DNA from: Steroidobacteraceae bacterium
GTDB taxonomy: Bacteria; Pseudomonadota; Gammaproteobacteria; Steroidobacterales; Steroidobacteraceae
Reading direction: 5' to 3'
Assembly (NCBI GenBank): GCA_049584935.1
Contig: JBAUYT010000090.1
Location: 147-64,146 of the forward strand
Length of the DNA: 64,000 bases
Made by a program: the position numbers and the translations under genes. A model generated the notes under the pieces. It saw only the letters and a program-made list of their open reading frames with translations. It searched no databases and was not told the DNA's origin. Positions 10,280-19,099 of this stretch are shown here, piece by piece. Position 1 is the first letter of the stretch, and every line of letters begins with the position of its first letter.

Positions 10280-11734
10280 TCAGGGCGTCTCTGCAGACTC
10301 TGCCAGCAGTTCCCGCATCGCTTGATCGGCAGCCTCGAGCACCGTTTCCGTCGATCCCTCGCGGTACAGCGCCACGCGCACCGGATAGGCGCCCACTGCG
10401 TAATCCTCCCGCGGCGGCAGATAACTGGCGTAACCGTTGACGATATTGAGCACGGCGACGCTGTTGTGCGGAAATCGGCGGCGCAATTCCAGCTGAAACG
10501 CCGTGTGCATCTCGGCCGGGGTGCCGAGAATGAACGAGTCTCCGAGCTGCCAGATGGTGAAGGAGAAGTCGCCCTCCTTGCCATCGCCCACGGATTCCCG
10601 CGCCAGCAGGCGTCGCGTGAGCCGCTCGATCATGTAGCTCTCGCTGGCCTCTCGGATCTCACGACGCAGTTGCTCGCTGCTCGGCAGATCGGCAATCGCC
10701 AGGCGCACGGTCACGCGACGCGATTTCAGCGTGGTGCTCGACTTGTTCCGCTGCTCCTTCCAGATCGCAAGCGGGGTACCGGACTCTTCCACCCCAGCGT
10801 ATGTCAGAGACACCTGCGGCGGAAACATGGAGGTGAGCACCGACAGTGCCGCGTAACCCACTTCACGGCCGTTCTGGTCCGCGATGGCCGGATCCTGCTC
10901 AAAGCTGCGGCGCGGTGCCTGATTGCCCGACGCGCCGTGCAGGAACACGCACTCCCCGCCGCCGCACCCCGCCTCAACGGTCTCGCGCATGGCGCCGACG
11001 TAATCCGGTGAGATCAGGGTGTTGGCCCCACCGAGCGAAATCGGGTGGCAGGCGTAGTTCACGAACGTGCAGCGTATCTGCCCGGCCCCGTCGACCACAC
11101 GCCCCACCAGCAAGGTATCGTCGGCTTTCGCGGCCGGGTTCAGGCCGCAGAGGATTTGATCCCGGCCCGGTACCGGCAGCTCCCGGTTGAATGCCAGCCC
11201 GCAGTGACCCGCGCGCCACGTCAGGGTTGCCGGCGCCAGCGACGCGCGGGCGCCAGCGACCAGCTCGATGCAGGTCTGCTGCAGCATCTGGCGGTATTGC
11301 GGAATGAGGTGCCCGCCCGGCCGATCGGCAAATTCCAGAGCCGTTCGCGGTGCACTGTGCGTGTGCGAGGGGTGCAACATGAGCTCGTGCTCCTGAAGCC
11401 CCGTTCCTTCGAGAATTGCGGTCCGCAAATCGAGCTCGTCCGGCTTCGAGTTCCACCAGCTCAAATCCAGCGTCAGTAGCACCAGCTGCGTCGTGTGCTG
11501 GCTGTCGGCGAACACCACGCAGGTGGCCAGCAGTGGCTTGTGGATGCCGGTAGCGATATCGTGCTTGGAGCTGCCCCAGGTGCGCGCAAAAATCCCGGGA
11601 GGCGGGTTGATATTTGCTCGCGCCACCCCGACCGCTCCGGCAAACTCCGAGTCGCGCAACTCCAGGGTGTCCCGAGCCGCCACCGGACGACTCGCACCTG
11701 CCGCTGCACGCGGCACAGCACTGAGCTTGCTCAC
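10280..11734 (-). CDS. Ceramidase_alk-like hydrolase paralog P1 (cytoplasmic, short form)
   Basis: 484 aa with a GTG start. Blocks VGVARANINPPPGI, HPSHTHSAP, NYACHPISLGGANTLISPDYVGAMRE and FLHGASGNQAPRRS are shared with four other ORFs in the window. They resemble the metal-site blocks of the neutral/alkaline ceramidase N-terminal domain. No signal peptide is evident. Confidence 0.6.
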   Translation of the reverse strand: MSKLSAVPRAAAGASRPVAARDTLELRDSEFAGAVGVARANINPPPGIFARTWGSSKHDIATGIHKPLLATCVVFADSQHTTQLVLLTLDLSWWNSKPDELDLRTAILEGTGLQEHELMLHPSHTHSAPRTALEFADRPGGHLIPQYRQMLQQTCIELVAGARASLAPATLTWRAGHCGLAFNRELPVPGRDQILCGLNPAAKADDTLLVGRVVDGAGQIRCTFVNYACHPISLGGANTLISPDYVGAMRETVEAGCGGGECVFLHGASGNQAPRRSFEQDPAIADQNGREVGYAALSVLTSMFPPQVSLTYAGVEESGTPLAIWKEQRNKSSTTLKSRRVTVRLAIADLPSSEQLRREIREASESYMIERLTRRLLARESVGDGKEGDFSFTIWQLGDSFILGTPAEMHTAFQLELRRRFPHNSVAVLNIVNGYASYLPPREDYAVGAYPVRVALYREGSTETVLEAADQAMRELLAESAETP

Positions 11735-11782
11735 TGGTTCACCGGCGCAAGGCCTCGAGCTGATGCTCCCGCTGAGGGCTCT

Positions 11783-11819
11783 GCTCGCCCCTCCGGGCAG
11801 AATGCCATGAGGGGCGAGC
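11783..11819 (-). other. Perfect 11-bp inverted repeat (GCTCGCCCCTC / GAGGGGCGAGC) forming a stem-loop between the TonB receptor and P1
   Basis: Read directly from the sequence. The 15-nt loop contains a further GGCA/TGCC pairing. No U-tract follows on either strand. Confidence 0.5.
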
Positions 11820-11847
11820 GTTCGAAAGCATCATTGAGGCCGTTTTC

Positions 11848-14313
11848 TCAGAAGCTCTTGGTGATCTTGATTCCGAAGGTCCTGGGCGCACTCGTGGTAA
11901 TGAACCGCTGTGTGCCTTGAGCGAAGGCTCCGGCGTAATTGCCGGGTCCCCCCGCGGCCTCGTACACGCCAAGCTCGGGAATGGTGTTCGTCAAATTGTT
12001 GACATACCACGTGTACTCCCAATTGTCGTGATCTGCCCAAAATCGCAGATTGGCCTCACCGTACCCGGGCAACAGGTAGTTGGGATCGATGGGTGTGTTG
12101 GTGTTGTTGAAATTCTGGGAACCAACGTATGCATAGTCAAGGCGCGCGGTCGTAGACCATTCCGCGCGAGGATTGAAGGTATAGGCCATTCCCGCCGACA
12201 CCTGAGTCTTGGGCGCGGACTGCAGCGGAGCCCCGACCACCCCAGTCGAGCCCTTGACCACCGATACGATCTTGCCGTCCGCGTACTGCCCGGTGACTTG
12301 AATTTGCCAGTGGTTGGTAAGCGCCGCCCTCACCTCAGCCTCGCTGCCATAAATTCGCGCCGCGCCCGCGTTGCTGACGAACGAGGCGCCGCAGCCGCTT
12401 ACTACTTGATCCAGCTGAATGGTGCTCTGAAGGTTGGTCCAATCCTCGCGGAAACCGCTGATGTTGGCGCTGATCCTGCCGTCATCCCAAGAGGTCTTCA
12501 GGCCGAGCTCGTAGTTCTTCAGGTCGTCGGATTTGAAATTTGCCGTAGAAGCCGCGGTAATGCCGAATATCTTCAACGCCGCGGCGCAACCTGGCGTGCT
12601 GTAATTACCGGTGGGATTGTCACCGCCGATGCGGAAACCCTCCGAGTAGGTCGCATAGAAATTGACGTCCTTGGTCACCGCGTAGGTCAAGGTGGCTCGA
12701 GGCACGGTCTTGCTCTCCTGCACCGGCTCGTGAATGACGCTGTTACCCGTGGGCGGGGCACTGGCGAAATAGTCGCTGAAGTCGATGCGCGTCGAGACCA
12801 CGCTCTGATTCGAGTAGCGCAGCCCGCCGGCGAGCGCCAGATCGGGTGTGAGGTGAAGGGTGACGTCTCCGAAAAAGGCGCGATCGGAGTAGGTGGAGGA
12901 ATACTGGCCGGACCAAACTGTGTCGGTGCCACTATTCGGCGCTGTCAGCGGAGCCACTGCGTCGGTGAGCCATGCTGGACCCACCGTCACATTACCAAAG
13001 GCGTCGCGCTCTTCCTTCTGAAAGAAGCCGCCGACGGTCCAGTCGAGACCCGATCCGCTCCAGAGAAGATCCTTCTCTTCCCCCTGCAGGCGCAGTTCCT
13101 GGCTCAGCAGGCGGGTGTCCACATTGAAGGTCAACGGCGCCGGACTCGGCAAGGGCACGATTCCGTTGCCACCGAGCGCCCCATAGGTGATTCCGGCAAA
13201 GTCGGTATTGTTGCTGTAGCTGCGATCGGTCCAGCCGGTAATCGAATGCAGCGACGCGAAGCCGAAATCGTAGGTCATATTCAGTGATGCCAATGAATAG
13301 TTCGTGTTCTCCGGCTGGAGCTGGAACTGATTGGCGAGCAGAGGGCTGCCGGACCCAGTGGATACGTCAGGTTCGTAGAACGGCTGCGAGTCAGTTGACT
13401 TGGCATCGTACAAGAAGGACGCAGTCGCCTCGAACTGGTCGTTCGGCTTGAACCTCAGTGCGACCTTGCCCCCAGCCGCCTGGCTCTTGTTGACGTCCTT
13501 GAGATACTCCCCATAGCCATAAGTTTGCGCCTGCTCGGAGTTGAATCCGACCAGCACGTTAGGACCGTAGACGTCTTTCGGATTGCCCGTCAGAAGATGG
13601 ACGTTGAGGTAGCCCGGATCCTGGGTTTCGTAAAACGAAAAGCGCAGCGCCAGGACGTCAGACAAGGGACTGTTCACAGTCAGGGAGGTGGTATAACCGA
13701 CGTTGTTGGCGCCCCAGCCGCTGTCGAGCACGGACAGGCCGCCGGATAAGTTCGCCGTGAATTCGTTGAACTGCGGCGCGTTCGGCACAATTTTAACCAG
13801 CCCTCCCATGGCGGCCGCACCGTATAGGGTACCTTGCGGCCCCTCCAGGACCTCGACGCGCTGCGTATCGACCAGCTGCGGATCCAGGGCGTACGCTGGC
13901 ACCTCGCCATAAACGTAGCCGGTAGTGGCCGTCGCGACGTTGGTTTCGAAATCGCCGAGACGGGAATTGGAGATGCCGCGGATGACGATGTTGGGACCGG
14001 AACGCTCGCCGCCCAACCCTTCACCGCTGTAGATAAGCCCCGGTACGAATTTCGCGTAGTCGGTCAGATCCTGCAGCCCCTGCTGCTCGAGATCGGCACC
14101 GCTGAATACCGCCATCGTGACCGGTACGTCCTTGGCATTTTCCTCGCGCTTCTGCGCGGTCACTATGACCTCCTCCAGCTGCGGGCCTTCCGCGCCCGCG
14201 ACCTGCGCATTGGCAGATCCATGCGGCGCCAGCAGGCCGACGGCCGTACAAGTCACCAGCAACCCCGGAAGTCCTCGAACCGGTGCACCACTTTCGGACG
14301 ATATCGCGCTCAT
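11848..14313 (-). CDS. TonB-dependent outer-membrane receptor
   Basis: 821 aa. It has a signal peptide ending ANAQ and the plug region EEVIVTAQKREENAKDVPVTMAVF. It also has RVEVLEGPQGTLYG and the C-terminal ...GIKITKSF (terminal Phe). A strong GGGAGGA SD precedes the ATG. Confidence 0.92.
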   Translation of the reverse strand: MSAISSESGAPVRGLPGLLVTCTAVGLLAPHGSANAQVAGAEGPQLEEVIVTAQKREENAKDVPVTMAVFSGADLEQQGLQDLTDYAKFVPGLIYSGEGLGGERSGPNIVIRGISNSRLGDFETNVATATTGYVYGEVPAYALDPQLVDTQRVEVLEGPQGTLYGAAAMGGLVKIVPNAPQFNEFTANLSGGLSVLDSGWGANNVGYTTSLTVNSPLSDVLALRFSFYETQDPGYLNVHLLTGNPKDVYGPNVLVGFNSEQAQTYGYGEYLKDVNKSQAAGGKVALRFKPNDQFEATASFLYDAKSTDSQPFYEPDVSTGSGSPLLANQFQLQPENTNYSLASLNMTYDFGFASLHSITGWTDRSYSNNTDFAGITYGALGGNGIVPLPSPAPLTFNVDTRLLSQELRLQGEEKDLLWSGSGLDWTVGGFFQKEERDAFGNVTVGPAWLTDAVAPLTAPNSGTDTVWSGQYSSTYSDRAFFGDVTLHLTPDLALAGGLRYSNQSVVSTRIDFSDYFASAPPTGNSVIHEPVQESKTVPRATLTYAVTKDVNFYATYSEGFRIGGDNPTGNYSTPGCAAALKIFGITAASTANFKSDDLKNYELGLKTSWDDGRISANISGFREDWTNLQSTIQLDQVVSGCGASFVSNAGAARIYGSEAEVRAALTNHWQIQVTGQYADGKIVSVVKGSTGVVGAPLQSAPKTQVSAGMAYTFNPRAEWSTTARLDYAYVGSQNFNNTNTPIDPNYLLPGYGEANLRFWADHDNWEYTWYVNNLTNTIPELGVYEAAGGPGNYAGAFAQGTQRFITTSAPRTFGIKITKSF

Positions 14314-14360
14314 GGCTACAGTTTCCTCCCTCGGGAATATTAGTCGCAGATCAGTTTCTA

Positions 14361-14372
14361 TGTAACGTTACA
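14361..14372. promoter_or_regulatory. Class-A operator candidate, perfect palindrome TGTAACGTTACA
   Basis: Lies 48 bp upstream of the TonB-receptor start, in the divergent control region 14314..14660. Confidence 0.6.
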
Positions 14373-14454
14373 AGTGACTTGCAAGCAGTGCGGCGGAGAA
14401 AAATAACAACAGCTGTTCGGAATCTTGACGCTTCTACGCGCTTCTTCTAGCACT

Positions 14455-14466
14455 TGTAACGTAACA
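14455..14466. promoter_or_regulatory. Class-A operator candidate TGTAACGTAACA (1 mismatch)
   Basis: Second copy in the same divergent intergenic region. Confidence 0.5.
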
Positions 14467-14495
14467 TCTTTGAACTGTCAACGGTCCGATGCGGC

Positions 14496-14521
14496 AATCG
14501 AGCCGGTGGGCCGGCTCGATT
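14496..14521. repeat. Perfect 11-bp inverted repeat AATCGAGCCGG-tggg-CCGGCTCGATT
   Basis: Read directly from the sequence. It lies between class-A operators 2 and 3 and has no flanking T/U tract. Confidence 0.5.
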
Positions 14522-14592
14522 GATGCGTGCGCGCAACGACCCGCGCGCCGCGCGCCTTGGTCTGCTGCAGGTTGCGACCCGGCCAGCCGTAA

Positions 14593-14604
14593 TGTAACGT
14601 TACA
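14593..14604. promoter_or_regulatory. Class-A operator candidate, perfect palindrome TGTAACGTTACA
   Basis: Lies 57 bp upstream of the aminotransferase ATG at 14661. Confidence 0.6.
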
Positions 14605-14660
14605 CCACCCGGGCTCGAGAACAATATGGCGTGTACGCCCGGACGCAGGGTGGTCGAAAC

Positions 14661-16007
14661 ATGGTCGAAATCGTGAGCGGCAAGCTGGCCTCCCTGCTGG
14701 CGCATAACGGCGCCTATATTCCCGGGGGGATCAGTTCGACCAACCGCATCATTGACCCGCCCATCGCCTTCGTCAAAGCGCAGGGCGCTTATCTGTGGGA
14801 CATCGACGGCAAGCGCTACATCGACTATCACGCGGCCTTTGCGCCGCACTTTCTCGGCCACAACTTCGGCCCCATCAACGATGCGGTCATCAACGTGCTG
14901 CGCAGCGGCGAGAGCCTCTACGGGGCGGGTCCCACCGTACTGGAAGGGCGGCTGGCGGAGTTGCTTTGCAAGAACGTGCCGGCCGTCGAGAAACTCTGCC
15001 TGTTGAACACCGGCAGCGAGGCCACGGCGTTGGCAATACGCCTGAGCCGTGCAGTCACGCAACGCCAGCACTTCATCGTGGTACAGGGCGGCTACAACGG
15101 TAATCACGATGAGCTGGCGTGCAATGTCTTCAATACGCTGGCGGAAATCGGACCGCGGGTCTCGCCGGGCGAATACCCGCTCAAGCCCTCGGGTGCCGGC
15201 ACTACCCTGACCAGTACCCGCTTCGTGCATCCGATCAACTTCAATGATCTCGAATCGGTTCGCTACCTCTGCCGTCGGTTCCCGATTGCGGCAATGATCA
15301 CCGAACCGGTGCTGCAGAATGTCGGCGTGGTGCGGCCGCGGGACGGTTATCTGCAGGGCCTGCGAAAGCTGGCCGATGAGTTGGGGTTCCTGCTCATTTT
15401 CGACGAGGTCAAGACCGGCTTTCGCCACGCCCTGGGCGGCTATAGCGAAGTCTCAGGGGTGCTCCCGGATCTGGTCACCTACGGCAAGGCGGTCGCCAAT
15501 GGCTTTCCAATGGCGATCATGGGCGGCAAGCGGCAGTACATGGACTACGTGATGCACCCGGACCCTGCCAAGCGCCCGCTGGTGGCGGGAACCTACAATG
15601 GACATCCGGTGGCGGTGGCGGCCGCCATAGCCACGATCGAATACCTGTTGGCGAATCGAACCGCGGTGTATGAGAACAGCGAGAGGCTGGGCCAGCAAAT
15701 GGAAGCCGGGTTGCGGCGCATATTTGCGGCGCACGGCATTTCGGCAAGCGTCGCGCGCCAGGGCTCGGCCTTCTCCTACTACCTGATGCCCGAGGCCCCG
15801 GTCGACTTCCACGATATTCTGGAACATCATGACTTTGAGCGCGATGTCGCTCTGCGCCGCGCACTCAACGAGCAGGGTGTATTTTTTGTGCCCATCGCTA
15901 CCAAGCAGTGCTCGATTTCGGCCGCACATACGGCGGACGACATCCAGTTTACCCTGCAGCAAGTCGAGCGAGCCGTTGCCAGCGTCTGGGCCAAGGCGCG
16001 TAACTGA
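14661..16007 (+). CDS. Class-III PLP aminotransferase (glutamate-1-semialdehyde aminomutase-like)
   Basis: Contains IPGGISSTNR (compare PGGVNSPVR) and the LIFDEVKTGFR block, plus TYGKAVANGFP with the PLP lysine. ATG 14661 gives a family-typical N-terminus. Confidence 0.85.
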   Translation: MVEIVSGKLASLLAHNGAYIPGGISSTNRIIDPPIAFVKAQGAYLWDIDGKRYIDYHAAFAPHFLGHNFGPINDAVINVLRSGESLYGAGPTVLEGRLAELLCKNVPAVEKLCLLNTGSEATALAIRLSRAVTQRQHFIVVQGGYNGNHDELACNVFNTLAEIGPRVSPGEYPLKPSGAGTTLTSTRFVHPINFNDLESVRYLCRRFPIAAMITEPVLQNVGVVRPRDGYLQGLRKLADELGFLLIFDEVKTGFRHALGGYSEVSGVLPDLVTYGKAVANGFPMAIMGGKRQYMDYVMHPDPAKRPLVAGTYNGHPVAVAAAIATIEYLLANRTAVYENSERLGQQMEAGLRRIFAAHGISASVARQGSAFSYYLMPEAPVDFHDILEHHDFERDVALRRALNEQGVFFVPIATKQCSISAAHTADDIQFTLQQVERAVASVWAKARN

Positions 16008-16014
16008 GCGCAGC

Positions 16015-16926
16015 TTGAATGCTCTCAAGCGGATATTTCTGAGACATGGGCCGATCACGGTTGGGCTCGCTCCGGAATTCGGGGCGCTCACCCGGTTCGA
16101 CGTGCAGGTGGGGGATACCCTGGTCGATGTGTTGCGGCCGGCCATCGATCGACCGCTCGCGGGGCCCTGGGCACTGGGGGCATCGTGCTTTCCACTGACG
16201 CCCTATGGCGGTCGCTTGCGCAATGGCCGCTTCCGCTTCGAGGGCCGCGAGCTGACCTATCCTCTCAATGCATTGCCGGAGAAGCACTCCTCGCACGGTG
16301 ATGGCTGGACTCGCCCGTGGGTTTTGACGCAGCTGGATCGTCGCAGCGCCACCATGACGCTCTCGTACGATCCGCAGGCGCCCCTGAAGTATGCATGCAC
16401 GCAGACGGTGAGCGTCGACCCGACGCAGGTAAACGTCGCCATGGTGCTCGGCAATCTCGACTCGCAGCGCATCCCGGTGGGGGTTGGACTTCATCCCTAC
16501 TTCGCTAACCGCGTCGATGCCGTCCTGGCAGCCGAGCTTCCGACGCAATGGGGCTGGGATGATGAGTTGATGCCGCTCGAGCGCGGCCCGAACCCGGACG
16601 CCGACGGCTTCCGCCGCGGTAAGGCGGTGATGGATCTGCCCGTGGCGGCCGAATTCGACGGCTGGGACGGCCAGGCCCGTATCCAATGGCCGGCACGGGG
16701 CCTCAGCATCCAGCTGACGACCGCACCGCGCATGCAGCACGCGGTTCTGTGGGTTCCGTCAGGGAAGGATTTCTTCTGCTTCGAGCCCACCAGCCACGCG
16801 ACCGATGGCCTCAATGCCCGCTCCGGCCATCCGGCCGGCGAGCATTTCGTCGTGCTCGAGCCCGGCCAGGTGTTCGAGCAGCGCATCACGTTCTCCGTGG
16901 TGCCGAGCGCTGGACCCCGGCAATGA
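16015..16926 (+). CDS. Aldose 1-epimerase family protein
   Basis: Blocks HGDGW, GLHPYF and FCFEPTSH are typical of aldose epimerase/mutarotase-like proteins. The only start-like codon after the upstream stop is TTG 16015, so the start is uncertain. Confidence 0.7.
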   Translation: MNALKRIFLRHGPITVGLAPEFGALTRFDVQVGDTLVDVLRPAIDRPLAGPWALGASCFPLTPYGGRLRNGRFRFEGRELTYPLNALPEKHSSHGDGWTRPWVLTQLDRRSATMTLSYDPQAPLKYACTQTVSVDPTQVNVAMVLGNLDSQRIPVGVGLHPYFANRVDAVLAAELPTQWGWDDELMPLERGPNPDADGFRRGKAVMDLPVAAEFDGWDGQARIQWPARGLSIQLTTAPRMQHAVLWVPSGKDFFCFEPTSHATDGLNARSGHPAGEHFVVLEPGQVFEQRITFSVVPSAGPRQ

Positions 16927-17864
16927 CATCCAGCGAGGCGATTGAGCTGCGCATCGACTGCCGCAATGAATTGGGCGAAACGCCGCTCTGGTGTGCCGAG
17001 GCATCGACCCTCTACTGGATCGACGTCACCGCACCCGGCCGCGTGTTCTTTTGGAACACAGGCACCGACGAGGTCGATTTTTGGGATTTCCCCGAACTCG
17101 TGACCGGCATCGACCTTACGGATGATGGCGGCCTGCTGGTACGCGGCACCAACGACATCATTCGTTTTGATCTCGTCACGCGCCGGCAGCAACGGCTGTT
17201 TACGCTGCCCGACGTCTGCGGCTTGAGCCGATTCAATGACGGACACTGTGATCGCGCAGGCCGGCTCTGGGTCGGTACCATGTCCAATAATTTGCACCCT
17301 GGCGCTACGGGCATCGCCGCCTCCGCTGGGCAGATCTGGTGCATCGGCGATGGCAGGGCGAGCTCGATCGATGCGCACTTGGGCTGTCCGAATGCAATCT
17401 GCTGGAGCCCCGACTACCGCACCTTCTATATCGCCGATTCCGCCAACGGCTGGCTCTATGCTCACCGGTTCGATGACGACACCGGCACGCTCATGCAGCG
17501 TCGACCCTTCTTCAGCAGCAGCACGCTCGGCATACCGGATGGGGCGGCCGTGGACCAGGAAGGCTACCTCTGGAATGCGCGCTGGGACGCGGGCATGCTG
17601 ATCCGCATCAGTCCGGCCGGGCGCCTGGATCGCAGCGTGCGCCTGCCGGTTTCACGGCCCACGGCCTGCTGCTTCGGTGATGATGATTTGCGGACGCTGT
17701 ACATCACCACGGCCCGTTACGGCCTGACGCCCGAGCAACTGGCGACGGAGCCCCTCTCCGGTGGCGTGTTTTCACTGCGCGTCGATATCGCCGGTCTGCC
17801 GCTGCCGGCTTTCCGAGCCTCTGCCGCTCCGATTCAACACTATTACGGTGCTGCCCTGCCATGA
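16923..17864 (+). CDS. SMP-30/gluconolactonase/LRE family protein (sugar lactonase-like)
   Basis: Contains NELGETPLW...[19 protein letters not shown] and PNAICWSPD, then the [16 protein letters not shown] propeller repeats. ATGA overlap with the upstream gene. Confidence 0.85.
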   Translation: MTSSEAIELRIDCRNELGETPLWCAEASTLYWIDVTAPGRVFFWNTGTDEVDFWDFPELVTGIDLTDDGGLLVRGTNDIIRFDLVTRRQQRLFTLPDVCGLSRFNDGHCDRAGRLWVGTMSNNLHPGATGIAASAGQIWCIGDGRASSIDAHLGCPNAICWSPDYRTFYIADSANGWLYAHRFDDDTGTLMQRRPFFSSSTLGIPDGAAVDQEGYLWNARWDAGMLIRISPAGRLDRSVRLPVSRPTACCFGDDDLRTLYITTARYGLTPEQLATEPLSGGVFSLRVDIAGLPLPAFRASAAPIQHYYGAALP

Positions 17865-19039
17865 AGATAACCGCCATTACGCCACTGATCTGTCACGCGC
17901 GCATGCGCAACTGGATCTTCGTCAAGGTCGAGACCGACCAGCCTGGCCTGTTCGGCTGGGGCGAGGCCACGCTCGAGTGGCATACCCGCGCGGTCGTCGG
18001 CGCACTCGAAGATCTGGCCACGCTGCTGATTGGCGAGGATCCGCGACGGATCGAACACCTCTGGCAGATGATGTTCCGCCAGCACTTCTGGCACGGCTCC
18101 GGCATCGTCCGCTCCACCGCCATCTCGGGCATTGATATCGCCCTGTGGGATATCGCCGGGAAGCTCCTGAACGTGCCCTGTCACCGTCTCTGGGGCGGTC
18201 GCGTACGCGACTACATTCGTCTCTACTGTCATCTCGGCGGCGGACGCATGGAGGCCTTCTATGAAACCGCTGCGGAGGACGCAGAGCGCTTCGCGGACCT
18301 GGCCCGCCAGGCGGTTGCCAACGGCTATTCGGCATTCAAATCGATGGCCGTGCCGCCCACCAGTGTGCTGGAAGGGCTGGGGCCTGTTCGAGCGGCCGAG
18401 CAGGCCGTGGCCAAAATGCGCGAAGCGGTTGGGCCACAGATCGACATCATGGTGGATTGTCACGCCCGCCCCTCGCCGACCATGGGCCTGCAGTTCGCCA
18501 AGGCACTGGAGCCCTATCGGCTCTACTTTCTCGAGGAACCCTGCTGGCCGGAATCCATCGTCGCGCTGGCCAGCATCAAGACCGCGGTCTCTACTCCGAT
18601 TGCCACCGGCGAGCGTCTGACGGCGCTGAATCAGTTCCGGGACCTGTTCGCGGCCCGCGGCTGCGATGTGGCGCAGCCCGACATCACGCATTGCGGCGGC
18701 CTGTCCTCGGCGCGGAAGATCGCGGCCCTGGCAGAGGCCTATCGTATCGCGCTGGCACCCCACAATCCGCAGGGACCCATCAGCACTGCGGCATCGTTCG
18801 AGTTTGGATTTTCGCAGCCCGATTACGCGATCTGCGAAACCGTCAGCGAGGATGTCCCGTGGCGCGCCGACGTGGTACGCGATTTCCATGCCATCGATCG
18901 CAAGACGCGCACGGTAACGGCGAGCGAGAAAGCCGGCCTGGGCGTGGAGGTCAATGAAGCAGCCGTCGCCGAGCATCCGTTCCAGCAGGAGTTGCCGCAG
19001 CGGGTCTTCTATAAGGATGGCGCGGTGGGCGACTGGTGA
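17861..19039 (+). CDS. Enolase-superfamily dehydratase, D-galactonate dehydratase-like (MR/MLE-1)
   Basis: [41 protein letters not shown] closely follows the galactonate/mannonate dehydratase subgroup N-terminus. It also has the DIALWD, MVDCH, FLEEP and QPDITHCGG blocks. ATGA overlap with the lactonase gene. Confidence 0.85.
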   Translation: MKITAITPLICHARMRNWIFVKVETDQPGLFGWGEATLEWHTRAVVGALEDLATLLIGEDPRRIEHLWQMMFRQHFWHGSGIVRSTAISGIDIALWDIAGKLLNVPCHRLWGGRVRDYIRLYCHLGGGRMEAFYETAAEDAERFADLARQAVANGYSAFKSMAVPPTSVLEGLGPVRAAEQAVAKMREAVGPQIDIMVDCHARPSPTMGLQFAKALEPYRLYFLEEPCWPESIVALASIKTAVSTPIATGERLTALNQFRDLFAARGCDVAQPDITHCGGLSSARKIAALAEAYRIALAPHNPQGPISTAASFEFGFSQPDYAICETVSEDVPWRADVVRDFHAIDRKTRTVTASEKAGLGVEVNEAAVAEHPFQQELPQRVFYKDGAVGDW

Positions 19040-19060
19040 GCGGCGCTCGACGGCGCTAGA

Positions 19061-19072
19061 GAAAACGTTTCC
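19061..19072. promoter_or_regulatory. Class-B LacI-type operator candidate GAAAACGTTTCC (1 mismatch to GGAAACGTTTCC)
   Basis: Lies in the 60-bp gap between the dehydratase stop and the P2 start, 28 bp upstream of ATG 19100. Confidence 0.5.
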
Positions 19073-19099
19073 ACTCTCGATCACTTGCAGGAGCGTCGC

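Noticed and set aside
11917-13287. 456-aa plus-strand ORF inside the TonB-receptor gene
   Set aside because: Shadow ORF opposite a confidently called TonB-dependent receptor. It has no motif and a skewed composition. The same reasoning rejects 14478..15428(-), 15949..16740(-), 30965..32077(+), 35325..36434(-), 40876..42045(-) and 52145..53107(-). It also rejects 57212..58690(-), 59185..60546(-) and 62657..63706(-).
14496-14521. The 11-bp perfect hairpin as an intrinsic terminator
   Set aside because: No T/U tract follows on either strand. It also lies inside a promoter region rather than after a gene. I kept it only as an inverted repeat of unknown role.
15829-16014. Upstream part of the aldose-epimerase ORF
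   Set aside because: It lies inside the aminotransferase gene in another frame. Epimerase-like sequence only begins after the aminotransferase stop.
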